Shown piece after piece: positions 13,665 to 25,605 of a stretch of 56,705 nt of DNA. The stretch's first letter is position 1, and the number at the start of each line of letters is the position of its first letter. A model generated the notes under the pieces. That model ran no database searches and was not told the origin of the DNA. It worked only from the letters and a program-made list of their open reading frames with translations. A program made the translations under genes and the position numbers. Source of the stretch: Octopus sinensis (lineage: Eukaryota); contig NW_021833650.1 in NCBI RefSeq assembly GCF_006345805.1, positions 1 to 56,705 of the forward strand. The letters run 5' to 3'.

Positions 13665-13945
13665 TAGACACTACTCCTTACCGTCCCTACAGGAAGTGCA
13701 AAAAATCGTGTTAACTGGAACGGCTCATGTACTGAGAAGGGTATTATCGGTGTGAAAACAACATCCATTCATGAATTTATTTATATATAAATTTTTTTAA
13801 ATACATATTTTACCTGTGAATTTGCGTGTGTAATCTGGGAATGCATACAATGAGCTTCTCTGCCCTAGGTGTACCGAAAACACCCGGCGAGAAACGGAGG
13901 AAAATTTGAAGAAAGAAGGAAAATAATAATGATAATAATAATTAT
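13665..13945 (+). mobile_element. 5'-truncated R4/Dong-type (RLE) non-LTR retrotransposon 3' end
   Basis: 13681-13755 encodes PSLQEVQKIVLTGTAHVLRRVLSV*, matching the QK..LLGTA.ILR..L C-terminus of R4-clade ORFs; flanked by (ATT)n and followed by a probable 3' UTR ending in (TAA)n. Confidence 0.7.
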
Positions 13946-13950
13946 AATTC

Positions 13951-14115
13951 GATAGATATGACAGGTTAGCTTGAGAGGTTAAGCAGTTGTGGTCGATGAA
14001 ATAGATGGTAGTAGTACCAATAATTGTCAGAGCATTGGGAACAGGTAGTAAAAATCTTGAGAAGTACATGAAACAAATAGGGGCTGCACTAAGGGTGGAG
14101 CACTTGCATAAAACA
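13951..14115 (+). pseudogene. Second R4/Dong-type RLE-domain fragment with stop codons
   Basis: Translates DRYDRLA*EVKQLWSMK*MVVVPIIVRALGTGSKNLEKYMKQIGAALRVEHLHKT, the E.K.LW...VPI..GALG motif of the restriction-like endonuclease. Confidence 0.75.
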
Positions 14116-14117
14116 AA

Positions 14118-14615
14118 AGGCCTGATGCAGTATCAATCAGTGTCTCTCATGCCTTCTGATCTTAACTGACAGCAGACTTGGTTGTCAGTTGCTTCACCTT
14201 AACCAGTTGAGCATGTCCCTTCGTAGCTGACAATATGTGCATCTCTGATCATGTGCAGGAGTAGTGTGGGAGCATCATAGTTATGTGTTGAGAGAAATTC
14301 TTTGCAGTTTCGATAATTCATCCCTGGAATAATGGGTATTTCGTTCATCTTCCTTAAACAAACCTTATTCAGGGACTCAACCTGAAGAAGCCCTACCTGC
14401 AAGGTCATGTACAGTTTACCTTGATATGAAATCAGCATATCGTACACATATGATTTTGATGCATGTGCCTGGTATGACTTTATCAGAGGGGTAATCGTAA
14501 TGGTTATACCAGGCTTCGTATATTTGTACCCGAATGTCATTTTGATGGCATGCATTACTCTCTCATTCAATAACAACAACAACAACAACAACAACAATAA
14601 TAATAATAATAATGT
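14118..14615 (+). mobile_element. ~500-bp non-coding repeat (family D) with (AAC)/(AAT) tail
   Basis: Aligns by eye with 17300-17845 and, inverted, with 52245-52522. Confidence 0.85.
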
Positions 14616-15163
14616 CTTTCAAAAAGTCTGTTCTACACCATATTTATTATATAATGTTTTTATGTTTAAAACTCTGTATGATGTATAATAGTATATATAT
14701 ATATATTTGATATATAATACTACATGTATAAAACTCTGAGAATAAGAGATTGTCATTGATACTGCTTCTGTATTTATTGGTGTTGTAGAAATAATTGACT
14801 TTAAACTGTTTCCAGCGATATACAGAGAATAATACAAAGAATCTCATATTCTACTGAATCACTAATTCGATCCTCTAGAAATGGGGTAAGGTTTAGGTGT
14901 CTACAACCTACCTAATCGCCACTTGCAGTGGCCATTGTTGATGTAGCTGTTGCTATTTACTATTTATGGTCAGGCATGACTGCGGCAGCCAATAACAGCC
15001 TTTGGATCAAACAGAACCAGATTTTCCACTATATACTCATGTATATTATATATCGTGTTTCATCGTTCCAGGAATTCAATATGAGTTAGTCATGGTTAGT
15101 ATGAATTTACCGAGAGGTGGTTAGTCCAAAAGGTTAGGAAACAGAGTTAGCTATCCGGAGAGA

Positions 15164-15195
<32 letters not shown>

Positions 15196-15614
15196 CGGGA
15201 GAAAAAGAGAGAAAAAGAGAGAGCAAGAGAGAGAGAGGGAGCAAAAGAGAGAGAGGGGGAGCAAAAGAGAGAGAGAGAGGGGGAATTGCTGCTACGTTTA
15301 TTCGCTTGAACGAATATGCAGAAACGCCATTGACAGTGTCTGTGTTATCATTGATCAAATACGATCCAGCTGTGCTTACAGGTGTATGTATAACTACCTG
15401 ATCGAACTGGAGCTAAATTCACCTGATATAAAATATAAATCGCACAGGACAAGACACAAATATAGACATTACTCCTTCCAATTCAACTCTTGACTGAAGG
15501 TCAAAGCAACAGTTGTGAAAGACGATTGCTCACGCCAGGGCATTCCAGAATGATGTCAAAATAGGATGATGGTATATATGAAAGTATAATGGAAAATTAG
15601 ATTCAGCAAATTTA

Positions 15615-15769
15615 GGCGCTGACGTGGCTGTGGGATAAGAAGTTTGCTTTCCAGCCATGCATCCGTGTTCAGTCCCAATGCATGGTGCCTTGGGCAAGTG
15701 TCTTCTATAATTTCGGGCCGGCTAAAGCCGAATGAATGGATTTGGTAGAGGAAACTAAAAGATGCCATA

Positions 15770-15772
<3 letters not shown>
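15615..15772 (+). mobile_element. SINE family B 5' half
   Basis: GTGGCTGTGGGATAAGAAG...GTTCAGTCCCA...CCTTGGGCAAGTGTCTTCT (CORE-like). Confidence 0.8.
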
Positions 15773-15819
<47 letters not shown>

Positions 15820-16944
15820 TCCATCACACTTGCTGTAGGGAGATTGTCTCCCTTGGTTAGTCACTAAATAAGTGCCTGCCCGTGGCTAAGAGTTGTTTTG
15901 GCTCTTATTTCTAGCAATAGTGGTGCACCCTTCGTCACTTTAGTGGCGATTGTATTTGTGTCCTTTGGCTGTAAAAATGGGAATAGTCACCTAAATGATT
16001 TATATATGTGTGTGTGTGTGTGTATGTGTGTGTGCGTACATGTCTGTGTGTTTGTGTGTGTGTATGTGTGTGTGCGTACATGTCTCTGTGTGTGTGTGTG
16101 TGTGTATGTGTGTATCTTTGTGTTTGTGTTTGTCCTCCACCATCACTTGTTGATGTGTTTATGTCTCCGTAACTTCGCGGTTCTGCAAAAGAGTCCGATG
16201 GAGTAAGTAAGTACCAGACTTTAAAAAATAATAATAATCTGAGTTTACAAGTACGGAGATAAAACATATCCATCCCACAAAAGACGATGATATCTGCACC
16301 CTGTCAGTGTTTATATAGAGATGTTGCAGTCTTAACTTATACGCGCCTATTCCAATTTGGGGTCGATTCAGTCGACTAAAATTCATCAAGTTAAGGATAA
16401 AAGATAAAATATAAATGGGTTAAGTTCATTGATTAAACGAAATATCACTTTGAAACTAAAGAACTTTTGAGGTTGTCTATAATCGCTCTAAGTCCTGCTG
16501 AAAAAGTATGTTTTCATCAAGGGCCAGGCGTTATTTACGAAGAAAGGTTTATAGAACGCAACACTTGAGGTTCTGCCAGTTACATTGTTATGTAGATAGA
16601 CGGATCTGAGTTTACAAGGGACGGGGTAAAACATACGCATCTGAAGAAAGACGATGATATCTACAATATGTATGCAGAAATGTCGCAGTCTAATCACAGT
16701 TGATTCTCCTAAAGTGTATATGGGGGAAGCAGAGTAGTGTAGAAGAAAGGCGCGGTTAATTAACTTGATTTAACGCATGACTGTTTATCACCACAAAACG
16801 GCAAATTATAGTAAAGGCTACAATCTATCAAATCGATATACACCTCTGCCAGTTTCAAACATACGGCAGCAGCATTATCAATATTTATAACAACCACACT
16901 ACTGAAAATGCTGCCAATAATCTTTTCTACTATAATTACAAGAC

Positions 16945-17285
16945 CTGAAATTTTGGGGTAGGTAGATAGTCGATGCAATGGACTCCAGTTTGCAACTGGT
17001 GCTATTTTTGATCGACGCAGAAAGGATGAAAGTCAAAATCAACCTCGGCGGAACTTGAACTCAGAACGTATAGACGTACGAAATACCTATTTCTTTGCTA
17101 CCCACAAGGGGCTAAACAGAGAGAGGACAAACAAGGACAGGCAAACGGATTAAGCCGATTACATCGACCCCAGTGCATAACTGGTACTTAATTTATCGAT
17201 CCCGAAAGGATGAAAGGCAAAGTCGACCTCGGCGGATTTTGAACTCAGAACGTAACGGCAGACGAAAACCGCTAAGCATTTTGTT
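16945..17285 (-). mobile_element. SINE family A composite: well-preserved tail-A unit joined to a diverged tail-B body
   Basis: Junction CGAAATACCTATTTC at about 17080-17093. Confidence 0.85.
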
Positions 17286-17299
17286 CAAGATGATAATAA

Positions 17300-17845
17300 T
17301 AACCACACACTGACACTCATGGTAACTGATTTTAACTGATTGGAAGCGTCATCATGTACATATTTTGTCTTGGTATAAATGATGGGCTACAGCAAATTTT
17401 CTACATATTTGCTTGTCAGTTGTTTCACCTTAACCAATTAAGCATGTCCCTTGGTGGCTGACGATATGTGCATCTCTGATCACGAGCAGAGGTAGTAAGG
17501 GTGCTCCATAACCATGTGTTGAGGGGAATTCTTTAGGGTTTGAATAATTCACCTCTTGAAACATGGGTATTTCGTTCAACATTCTTAAACAACCCTTTTT
17601 GAAGCAGAATGGGCTATTCGACCAGAAGAAAATTCTAACTGGGCCCCACCTGCAAGGTCATGTGCCGTTTATCTCGATATGAAATCATCATGTTGCGCAC
17701 ATATGGTTGTGATGCATGTGCCAGGTATACCCTTATCAGAGGGGTAGTGATGATGGATATATTGGGCTTCATACCACAGTGTCACTTTGCCCTGCACTGC
17801 TCTCTCACTGAATAATGATGATGATGATGATGATGATAATAATAA
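17300..17845 (+). mobile_element. Family D repeat with (GAT)/(AAT) tail
   Basis: Homologous to 14118-14570; ends ...CACTGCTCTCTCACTGAATAATGATG. Confidence 0.85.
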
Positions 17846-17849
17846 TAGT

Positions 17850-18249
17850 AATCCTTTCTACTATAGGCACAAGGCCTGGAATTTGTGGGGAGGGGGATAG
17901 TCGATTTCATTGACCCTAGTACTTGGCTGGTTCTTAATTTATCACCTCCAAAAGGATGAAAGGTAAAGTCGACCTCGGCGGAATTTGAACCCAGAACATG
18001 GAGACTGGCGAAATACCTATTTCTTTACTACCCACAAGGGGCTAAACACAGAGAGGACAAACAAGGAAAGACAAACGGATTAAGTCGATTATATCGACCC
18101 TAGTGTGTAACTGGTACTTATTTAATCGACCTCGAAAGGATGAAAGGCAAAGTCGACCTCGGCGGATTTTGAACTCAGAACGTAGCGGCAGACGAAATAC
18201 CGCTAAGATTTTCGCCCGTTTCTGCTAACGTTTCTGCCAGCTCACCACC

Positions 18250-18251
<2 letters not shown>
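17850..18251 (-). mobile_element. SINE family A composite: head + tail-A unit + diverged tail-B unit
   Basis: Same GAAATACCTATTTC junction at about 18010-18023; tail B (AATCCTTTCTACTATAGGCACAAGGCC) at 17850. Confidence 0.9.
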
Positions 18252-18284
<33 letters not shown>

Positions 18285-18787
18285 TTATTATTATTATCAT
18301 TATTGATACTATTAGTATTTTAATCATCAATTTGATTGTTCATTTCGTTGTTGTTCATGTTGATGCTGTTTGTTCGATTCTCCGTGTTGTGGTGCAGACT
18401 TGTTGAGATTAGTAGTTCCCTAATTGATACCTTTAGGGGGTACCCTATTATTAAAAACATAGACGTAGTCATCATAGCAGTAAAGAGGGCGATGGCAAAA
18501 CTACAATGAAGTTTTCTGCATTAGAGAAGAGAAATACTTTACGGTGTCTAATTAAATGACAGAATAAATTGCGAAACACGTCGCTGTCACAGCCAAATAA
18601 CATTGCCTTCTCTTTCCATTATCTTTTATCAGGGAATGTGCTAATAACGAATTGAGTAAGTTTCCTCTGAAAAAGATCGCAAATCATAGGGATGAGTGTG
18701 TCACTCAGAAGCCCGATTCGCAACTACGTGTGTCCGCGTTCGATCCCACTGAACTGTTGTTGGTCGGGTGAATGTATTCTAGGAAGA

Positions 18788-19082
18788 GACCCGACCCCCT
18801 TCGGTCATGAATGACCATGGGATTGCACCTAGAAAGTTACCCTCCAAGGCACAAGTCCGGGCTAGGTTGTTTATGGAAAGCCAGCAGTCGCCCATGCATA
18901 CAAGCCCCCCCCCACTCTCCACGCCATCGATGTTATCCAAGGGAAAGGCAAAGGGGCCGATACAGGTTGGCACCTGTGGCGTCACAACTCATTTTTGCAG
19001 CTGAGTTAACTGGAGCAACGTGAAATAAAGTGTCTTACTCAAGAACACAACACGCAGCCCGGTCCGGGAATCGAACTCATGA
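18788..19082 (-). mobile_element. SINE group C variant: partial tRNA-like head, CORE-like domain and a distinct tail
   Basis: Minus strand GTTCGATTCCCGGACCGGGC...GTTGTGTTCTTGAGTAAGACAC...GCTCCAG; tail ends CCCATGGTCATTCATGACCGAAGGGGGTC. Confidence 0.8.
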
Positions 19083-19109
19083 TCGTTTTTGTCGCTTTTA
19101 ATGGGAACT

Positions 19110-19391
19110 TTGGCTACAAATGATGCCTGGAACTATCATAACTTGACAATAACCCTGCAGACAACTACTACTACTACTAACACCACCATGCTGCCGCCCC
19201 TACAACCACTACTGCCACTACTACTAAAACTACTACTACTACTACTACTACTACTACCTAAGTTCAAATTCCTCCGCGGCCGACTTTGCTTTCCATCCTT
19301 TCGGAAGCGATTAAGTAACAGTGAAACAGTGGAGTCGATGTAATCGACTTGTTCCCTCCACAGAAATTTCAGGCCTTGTGCCTTTACTAGA

Positions 19392-19458
<67 letters not shown>

Positions 19459-19880
19459 TAACTCAATAAACATTATAACTATCAAAGTTAATATTGATAA
19501 TCTTAATACTACTACTACTATTACTACTACCACCACTACTACTACTACTACAAAATGTAATACCACCAACACCACCAACAACACCACCACCATCATCCTC
19601 ACTACTGCTACTGCTGCTTGTCATAATACTCCTGCTGCCGCCACACTTTCACTATTGAAAGCACAGCCACTGCTGTGTTGCTGCTACTACTACTACTACT
19701 ACTACTAATACTACTACAATCAATCATTGCTGCTACCGTACTCTTATTGCTGCTGCTGCTGCTGCTGTTTCTGTTACTACTACGTCTACTACAACTGAAA
19801 AGATTGCTGATGCTACTGTTGTCGCAGCTGTTGATGATGATGCTGCTGATGGTGATGCTGTAGCTGCTGCTGCTGCTGCT
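19110..19880. repeat. Mosaic trinucleotide tract (ACT/ACC/ATT/GCT/GAT) containing a SINE A fragment at about 19255-19390
   Basis: Direct reading; explains the poly-L/V/N ORFs. Confidence 0.9.
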
Positions 19881-20421
19881 TATTTATTCAATCGCTAGCG
19901 GGGGATTATTGTAGTTAATACCTTGAAATATTGGTGATCAGCCGCTATTGATTTATGGTGGGATGTGGAACTTTTATTTTATCGATCCCAGAAAATATGA
20001 AAGACAAATTTGACCTCTGTGGGATTTGCAGTTATTAGTTAAAGGGACAAAAGTGGGGGCGAGTGTGGCTGAGTGCTAATAAAGTTAGTTTTGCAAACAC
20101 GTGATTCCGGGTTCCATACCACTACCCGGTACTTCGAACAAATGCATTTATCGCACTCAAAACTCAAACCACCGAATCTCTTGCAAGTGGAATATATATC
20201 AACATACATATTTGTCTGTCTATCTTTCTATATATTTGCCTGTGTATATCTCTACCTGTCTCACTAACTCTCCTTCTCTCTATCTCCTTCTCCCTCTCTG
20301 TTTCGCTACATCTCTCTCTCTCTCTCTCTCTGTATATACATATATATATATTATATATAAATATATGCATATATACATACATGTATGTACATATCTACAC
20401 ATATATTATATATATATATAT

Positions 20422-20472
<51 letters not shown>

Positions 20473-20473
<1 letters not shown>

Positions 20474-20765
20474 ACAATTGCAGCGTGGAAGGTGTTTGTA
20501 AGCCATTTAAGAAACAGACAAAAGCCGTTCGATTCACTTCAACATTTAAGTTTAATTTGTCAGCACGGATTTTTGGTCAGTGAAGAACAGGTCGCGGATT
20601 TTAGCGACGAAAATTTTGACAAATTAAACTTAAATGTTGAAGTGAATCGAACGGCTTTTGTCTGTTTCTTAAATGGCTTACAAACACCTTCCACGCTGCA
20701 ATTGTTTTTGTTTCAGCACACGATCTCAGATCAAATCACTTGCAATGCGAGTACAACTCCGTAAT
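20473..20765. mobile_element. Fold-back element with perfect 90-bp arms in (TA)n
   Basis: 20473-20562 is the exact reverse complement of 20617-20706; 54-bp spacer. Confidence 0.9.
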
Positions 20766-20786
20766 ATATTATATATGTATATATAT

Positions 20787-20885
<99 letters not shown>

Positions 20886-20886
20886 G

Positions 20887-20947
<61 letters not shown>

Positions 20948-21157
20948 TTACATGCATATGTGAGTATAGGACAAAAAAATGTAGACCAAATGCGAAACGA
21001 GACAGGCAGCATAAACAAAATTCCCTTCATCAGTTGTCCCCTGTTTTATCTACTCTGCGTTTCGAAGTTATGCATATATACATGTATACATACATACATA
21101 CATACATACATACATGCATACATATATATATATATATATAATATATATATATATATA

Positions 21158-21356
21158 TAGTTAATCCAAACAAGAAAACACAAAGAAACACAACAGCGCG
21201 AGGACGTGTTGTATTATTGGACGCTCAGGAAAGAAGGAAAGAAGGAGGGTTTAACGTTTCGAGCGGAGCTCTTCGTCGGAAACATAGGAGAAGGAAAGAT
21301 TCAGAGAAGGAAGACAGAGGGAAAAGAATCGCCAACGGTACACACGAGGTCACATT
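21158..21356 (-). mobile_element. Short (TA)n-inserted repeat with a hammerhead-like motif (Penelope/retrozyme-like)
   Basis: Minus strand GTTT-CCGACGA-A-GAGC-TCC-GCTC-GAAAC-GTT-AAAC (21249-21283), then TTCCTGAGCG...TAATAC. Confidence 0.7.
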
Positions 21357-21617
21357 ATATATATATATATAATATATATATATATATACATACAAAGATA
21401 TATATATATTATATGGGTAAAATATTGAATATTATTTCGATTAATATCAATTTAAACCAGTGGCCTACCATACTGAAAATACATGAAAATTCAGAATATT
21501 TATATTGCATACATATGAGAGATGACCACTAAGTGGACATCCAATATGCTAAATGTAGACCCCATATATATATATGTGTGTGTGTGTGTGTATGTATGTA
21601 TATATATATATTATATT

Positions 21618-21681
<64 letters not shown>

Positions 21682-21742
21682 GATATATATTTATGTATGT
21701 ATATATATATTTATATATACACACACACACGATATATGTGAA

Positions 21743-21975
21743 AAGGCGGCGAGCTGGCAGAAACGTTAGCACACCGGGCGAAATGCTTAGCGGTATTGCG
21801 TCTGTCGTTGCGTTCTGAGTTCAAATTCCGCCGAGGTCGACTTTGCCTTTCATCCCTTTCGGGGTCGATAAATTAAGTACCAGTTACGCACTGGGGTCGA
21901 TGTAATCGACTTAATCCGTTTGTCTGTCCTTGTTTTTCCCCTCTATGTTTAGCCCCTTGTGGGCAATAAAGAAAC
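21743..21975 (+). mobile_element. SINE family A, full length (tail A)
   Basis: Near-consensus head, core and tail; 11-bp TSD ATATATGTGAA at 21732-21742 and 21976-21986. Confidence 0.92.
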
Positions 21976-22009
21976 ATATATGTGAATGTAAAGTCTGTGA
22001 ATAGATGGA

Positions 22010-22205
22010 ATAGTTATCATGCCGGGCAAAATGGCTCAATGTACTTCGTCCAGCTTTAAGTTTTGTGTCAAAAATTCCACCGAGGTTGACTTTACATTCA
22101 TGCTTTCGCAGTCTATAAAATAAGTACCAGATGAGCAATAGGGTCGATCCAATCGACTTTCCCTAACCTGAAATTGCGGGCCACGTGACAAAATTTAGAA
22201 ACAAA
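22010..22205 (+). mobile_element. Old SINE family A copy (tail B)
   Basis: Degenerate GCCGGGCAAAATGGCT...AAATTCCACCGAGGTTGACTTT...AATAAGTACCAG. Confidence 0.7.
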
Positions 22206-22277
22206 ATATTTGTTTGTGCGTGATTTTGTGTATATATATGTATAATATGTGTGTGTGTGTGTATACACATATACATA

Positions 22278-22490
22278 TAACGGGAAGCTTTATGAAAATA
22301 AACAAAAGACGAAGGCAGGTGGAATACAAACAAACAATTGTATTAGTATGGCGCTCAGGAATATAAATAGAACAAGTCTTTTACGTTTCGCGCCTACGCT
22401 CTTCAACAGAAAGATACACAGAAAAGAAACACGGAGAGAAACAAGGAGAGAAAAAAAATGCGTGCAGAAGCTAGCGAATCAACATATATA
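22278..22490 (-). mobile_element. Short repeat with a hammerhead-like motif (same family as 27388)
   Basis: Minus strand TCTTT-CTGTTGA-A-GAGC-GTAG-GCGC-GAAAC-GTA-AAAGA (22377-22414); whole element is the reverse complement of 27388-27585. Confidence 0.8.
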
Positions 22491-23227
22491 TAGATACATA
22501 TGTATATATTTTTTTTTACGTGTTGCCTTAAAAGGTTGCATTCTTTCGCGTTCGGTACACTGTGTAATTATTATGGTTGTTTTGACTTTAAGAGTCCCTC
22601 ATAGCGTGAAGCATTTACGTGTAGTAATGCCCTTAATATGAATAAATATATTTAAAGGGAATAAGTATAAATTTTTCCCTTATGTGGTTCTTACGCTGAC
22701 TACTTAATGAATACTTATAAAGATTTCATCCTATTTTAAATTATATATATATATATATATACATGTATGTATATATATATATATATTATACATATACATA
22801 TATATATGTATATATACACACATATATATGAGGATCAGCACAAAGATTTTGAAACCGTACGATCTGGTGGTCTCGAGGCTGGGAATTGACTGGAGTTAAC
22901 TCCCCTGTTTGCAATAAATATCGGGTGGTGCAGATCGCCTTAAAGAACCAGCTGGAGGGACCGTCCTCCTGGGGTTAAAATAGTCGTAATGCTGGTTCCT
23001 ACGGAACAGCCATGTTGAGGTGGCGATGAACATTATTTCTCAGTAATGCTCTCAACTCTTACAGAGAATTATCTAACTAGCTAATTTGGTAAAATATACA
23101 TACTACATGCATGCATAAATACATATATACATACATACATGCATATATATATATTAATATATATATTAATATTATATATATATATATACATGCATATATA
23201 TATGTATATATATATATAATATATATA

Positions 23228-23275
<48 letters not shown>

Positions 23276-23714
23276 TATATATCACATAATATCTTCAAGA
23301 TAGACGAATTGATTATATGGTCTCGCTACAATGTTTCATTGAGACGTTCTATAATGACGCAAATTCTGTTATGTAAGGCATGAAATACCAATAATTGGAC
23401 TTACGATGTTGCGTCATAATGAAATCTATTGTCCCGAGACCATATAATCCATTCGTCTGTCTTTTTTTTTTTTTATTATATTACGCCATGTTGAAAGTAT
23501 CGCTCCATTTTCAATAGTCTTGGATTTGCTGATTACCAAACAACAGTCAACTTCCCTTCATTCATGAACTCTACTCTTATAGAATTGACCGTTTATCTGT
23601 TGATTTGTGTTATATTGTCTAGCTAACAAGTGCGCTGCGTTTCACTTTGATATGTCTCGATCTTTAAATACATACACACACATACACATATATATATATA
23701 TACATATTTATAAA

Positions 23715-24096
23715 TCTATTGTATAAAATCCGTTCAGTCTATGTATGTGTCTTCTCAGAACTTGGGCATCTGCCATCTGATTGCACTCAAATTTGATATG
23801 TAGATACCGACGGTATCAGGACGTGTATGAGTCTTGAAAAAATTACAAAAATCGATTCCAGGTGAGAATGCGATCGTTAAAGCCGTGGGAACGTTCATTT
23901 GTATAATCGTTTTTCTTGGAATAGAAATAAAGTCTATCTGAATTTCTTCTTTAGCTGGTGTCTCAAATTTAGATTAAATCAGTGTTTCCAAAAGGGGAGG
24001 CCTGTGGCACGGTCGGACAAATTGTTTTGAGAAAATTTGGTTTAAATGTTTGACAACTCAGCATCGTCCATTGGACGAGGGAGGACGTTTTGCTCG
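23715..24096 (+). mobile_element. Helitron-like non-autonomous element
   Basis: A|TC start with TATAAAA and GTAT repeats; GC-rich subterminal segment; degenerate CTAG-like end (GCTCGT). Confidence 0.5.
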
Positions 24097-24764
24097 TATA
24101 TATATATATATATAATATATATTATATATATATATATATATTATATATATATATACATATACATATACATATACATACATACATATACATATACATATAC
24201 ATATATATATACATATACATATACATATACATAGAGAGCATGTGGTGAATACTTCCAGTTTTAAAGTGTTGAAGTGTTATTTAATGAGATTTGGCTAATG
24301 TTTTTAGCAGGTGGAATTCCTTCGTTGACATGAATCACAAATAATGCTGTTGTTATTGCTGTTGCGGGTTCCTAAAGCTGAATAATCCTCAGTCTTTCCA
24401 TCTCATGCTCAATAAATTTGAGCCACATTAGTTTGTATATCAACTGCTATGCCGGCCAATATTTCTCTGTTGTTGTAGACAATAGGATGTAACTCGAGAT
24501 TTAGGTCCTATTTATCACTGATACATCAACGATATAGAGCCTCCCACTATGTTGCACCACCTTAATATATATAAAGGTAGGCACAAACGCAACTTTTTAA
24601 CGTTTCTGCTAGCTCCGCATATCGTATTATTGAGCGAAAACAAATATAAACATAATAGATAACAAAATATAAAAGACTACCATACTGATGATACTTTTCC
24701 TAATATAACTATATATAAATATATATGTATGTATCTATATATCTATATCTATATATCTATATCT

Positions 24765-24788
24765 TACTATCTATCTATCTATCTATCA

Positions 24789-24864
<76 letters not shown>

Positions 24865-24865
24865 C
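24765..24865. repeat. (TCTA)n microsatellite
   Basis: Direct reading. Confidence 0.95.
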
Positions 24866-24881
24866 TTTCTCTCTCTCTCTC

Positions 24882-24917
<36 letters not shown>

Positions 24918-25039
24918 GTATATAATATTAATACATATACATATATATATATACATACATATTATATAATTCTCTCTCATCCCCTCTCTCTCTCTCCCTA
25001 ATATATATATATATGTATGTATATATATAATATATATAT

Positions 25040-25073
<34 letters not shown>

Positions 25074-25213
25074 GTATCTTATGCTTTCGATAGCTTATAT
25101 AAAACTTATGATGTATATATGTATATATAATATATATACATATATACACATATATACACGTATATATTAGGAAAAGTATCATTAGTATCTAAGATGATGA
25201 TGTGTATATATAT

Positions 25214-25251
<38 letters not shown>

Positions 25252-25569
25252 TAGATAGATAGATAGATAGATAGATAGATTATATATATATCTATATATA
25301 TATATATATATATATATACTACATACATATATATATATATGTACGTGTGTATATCAAATGATAATGCAGTCAACAAGCAAATAAAATTATAAGTGCCATC
25401 AAAAGTTAATGGCAGATTTTTAGTTGCAATAATAATTACTTTCGTTTCAGTTAAAGAAATCTGCATTCATTCTATTCTATTTAAATAACAGGACATATTT
25501 TCGTGAAAGAACAAAGAGTCACAAAAGAACCTGGATGAAATAGTTTGCTATATATATGTGTGTATGCGT

Positions 25570-25605
<36 letters not shown>

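Noticed and set aside
14199-14597. 132-aa ORF
   Set aside because: Lies in repeat family D, and the frame is not preserved in the other two copies.
22576-22606. Further hammerhead remnant (CTATGAG-GGACT...AGTC-AAAAC, minus strand)
   Set aside because: Two core defects and no helix I or III; too degenerate to call.
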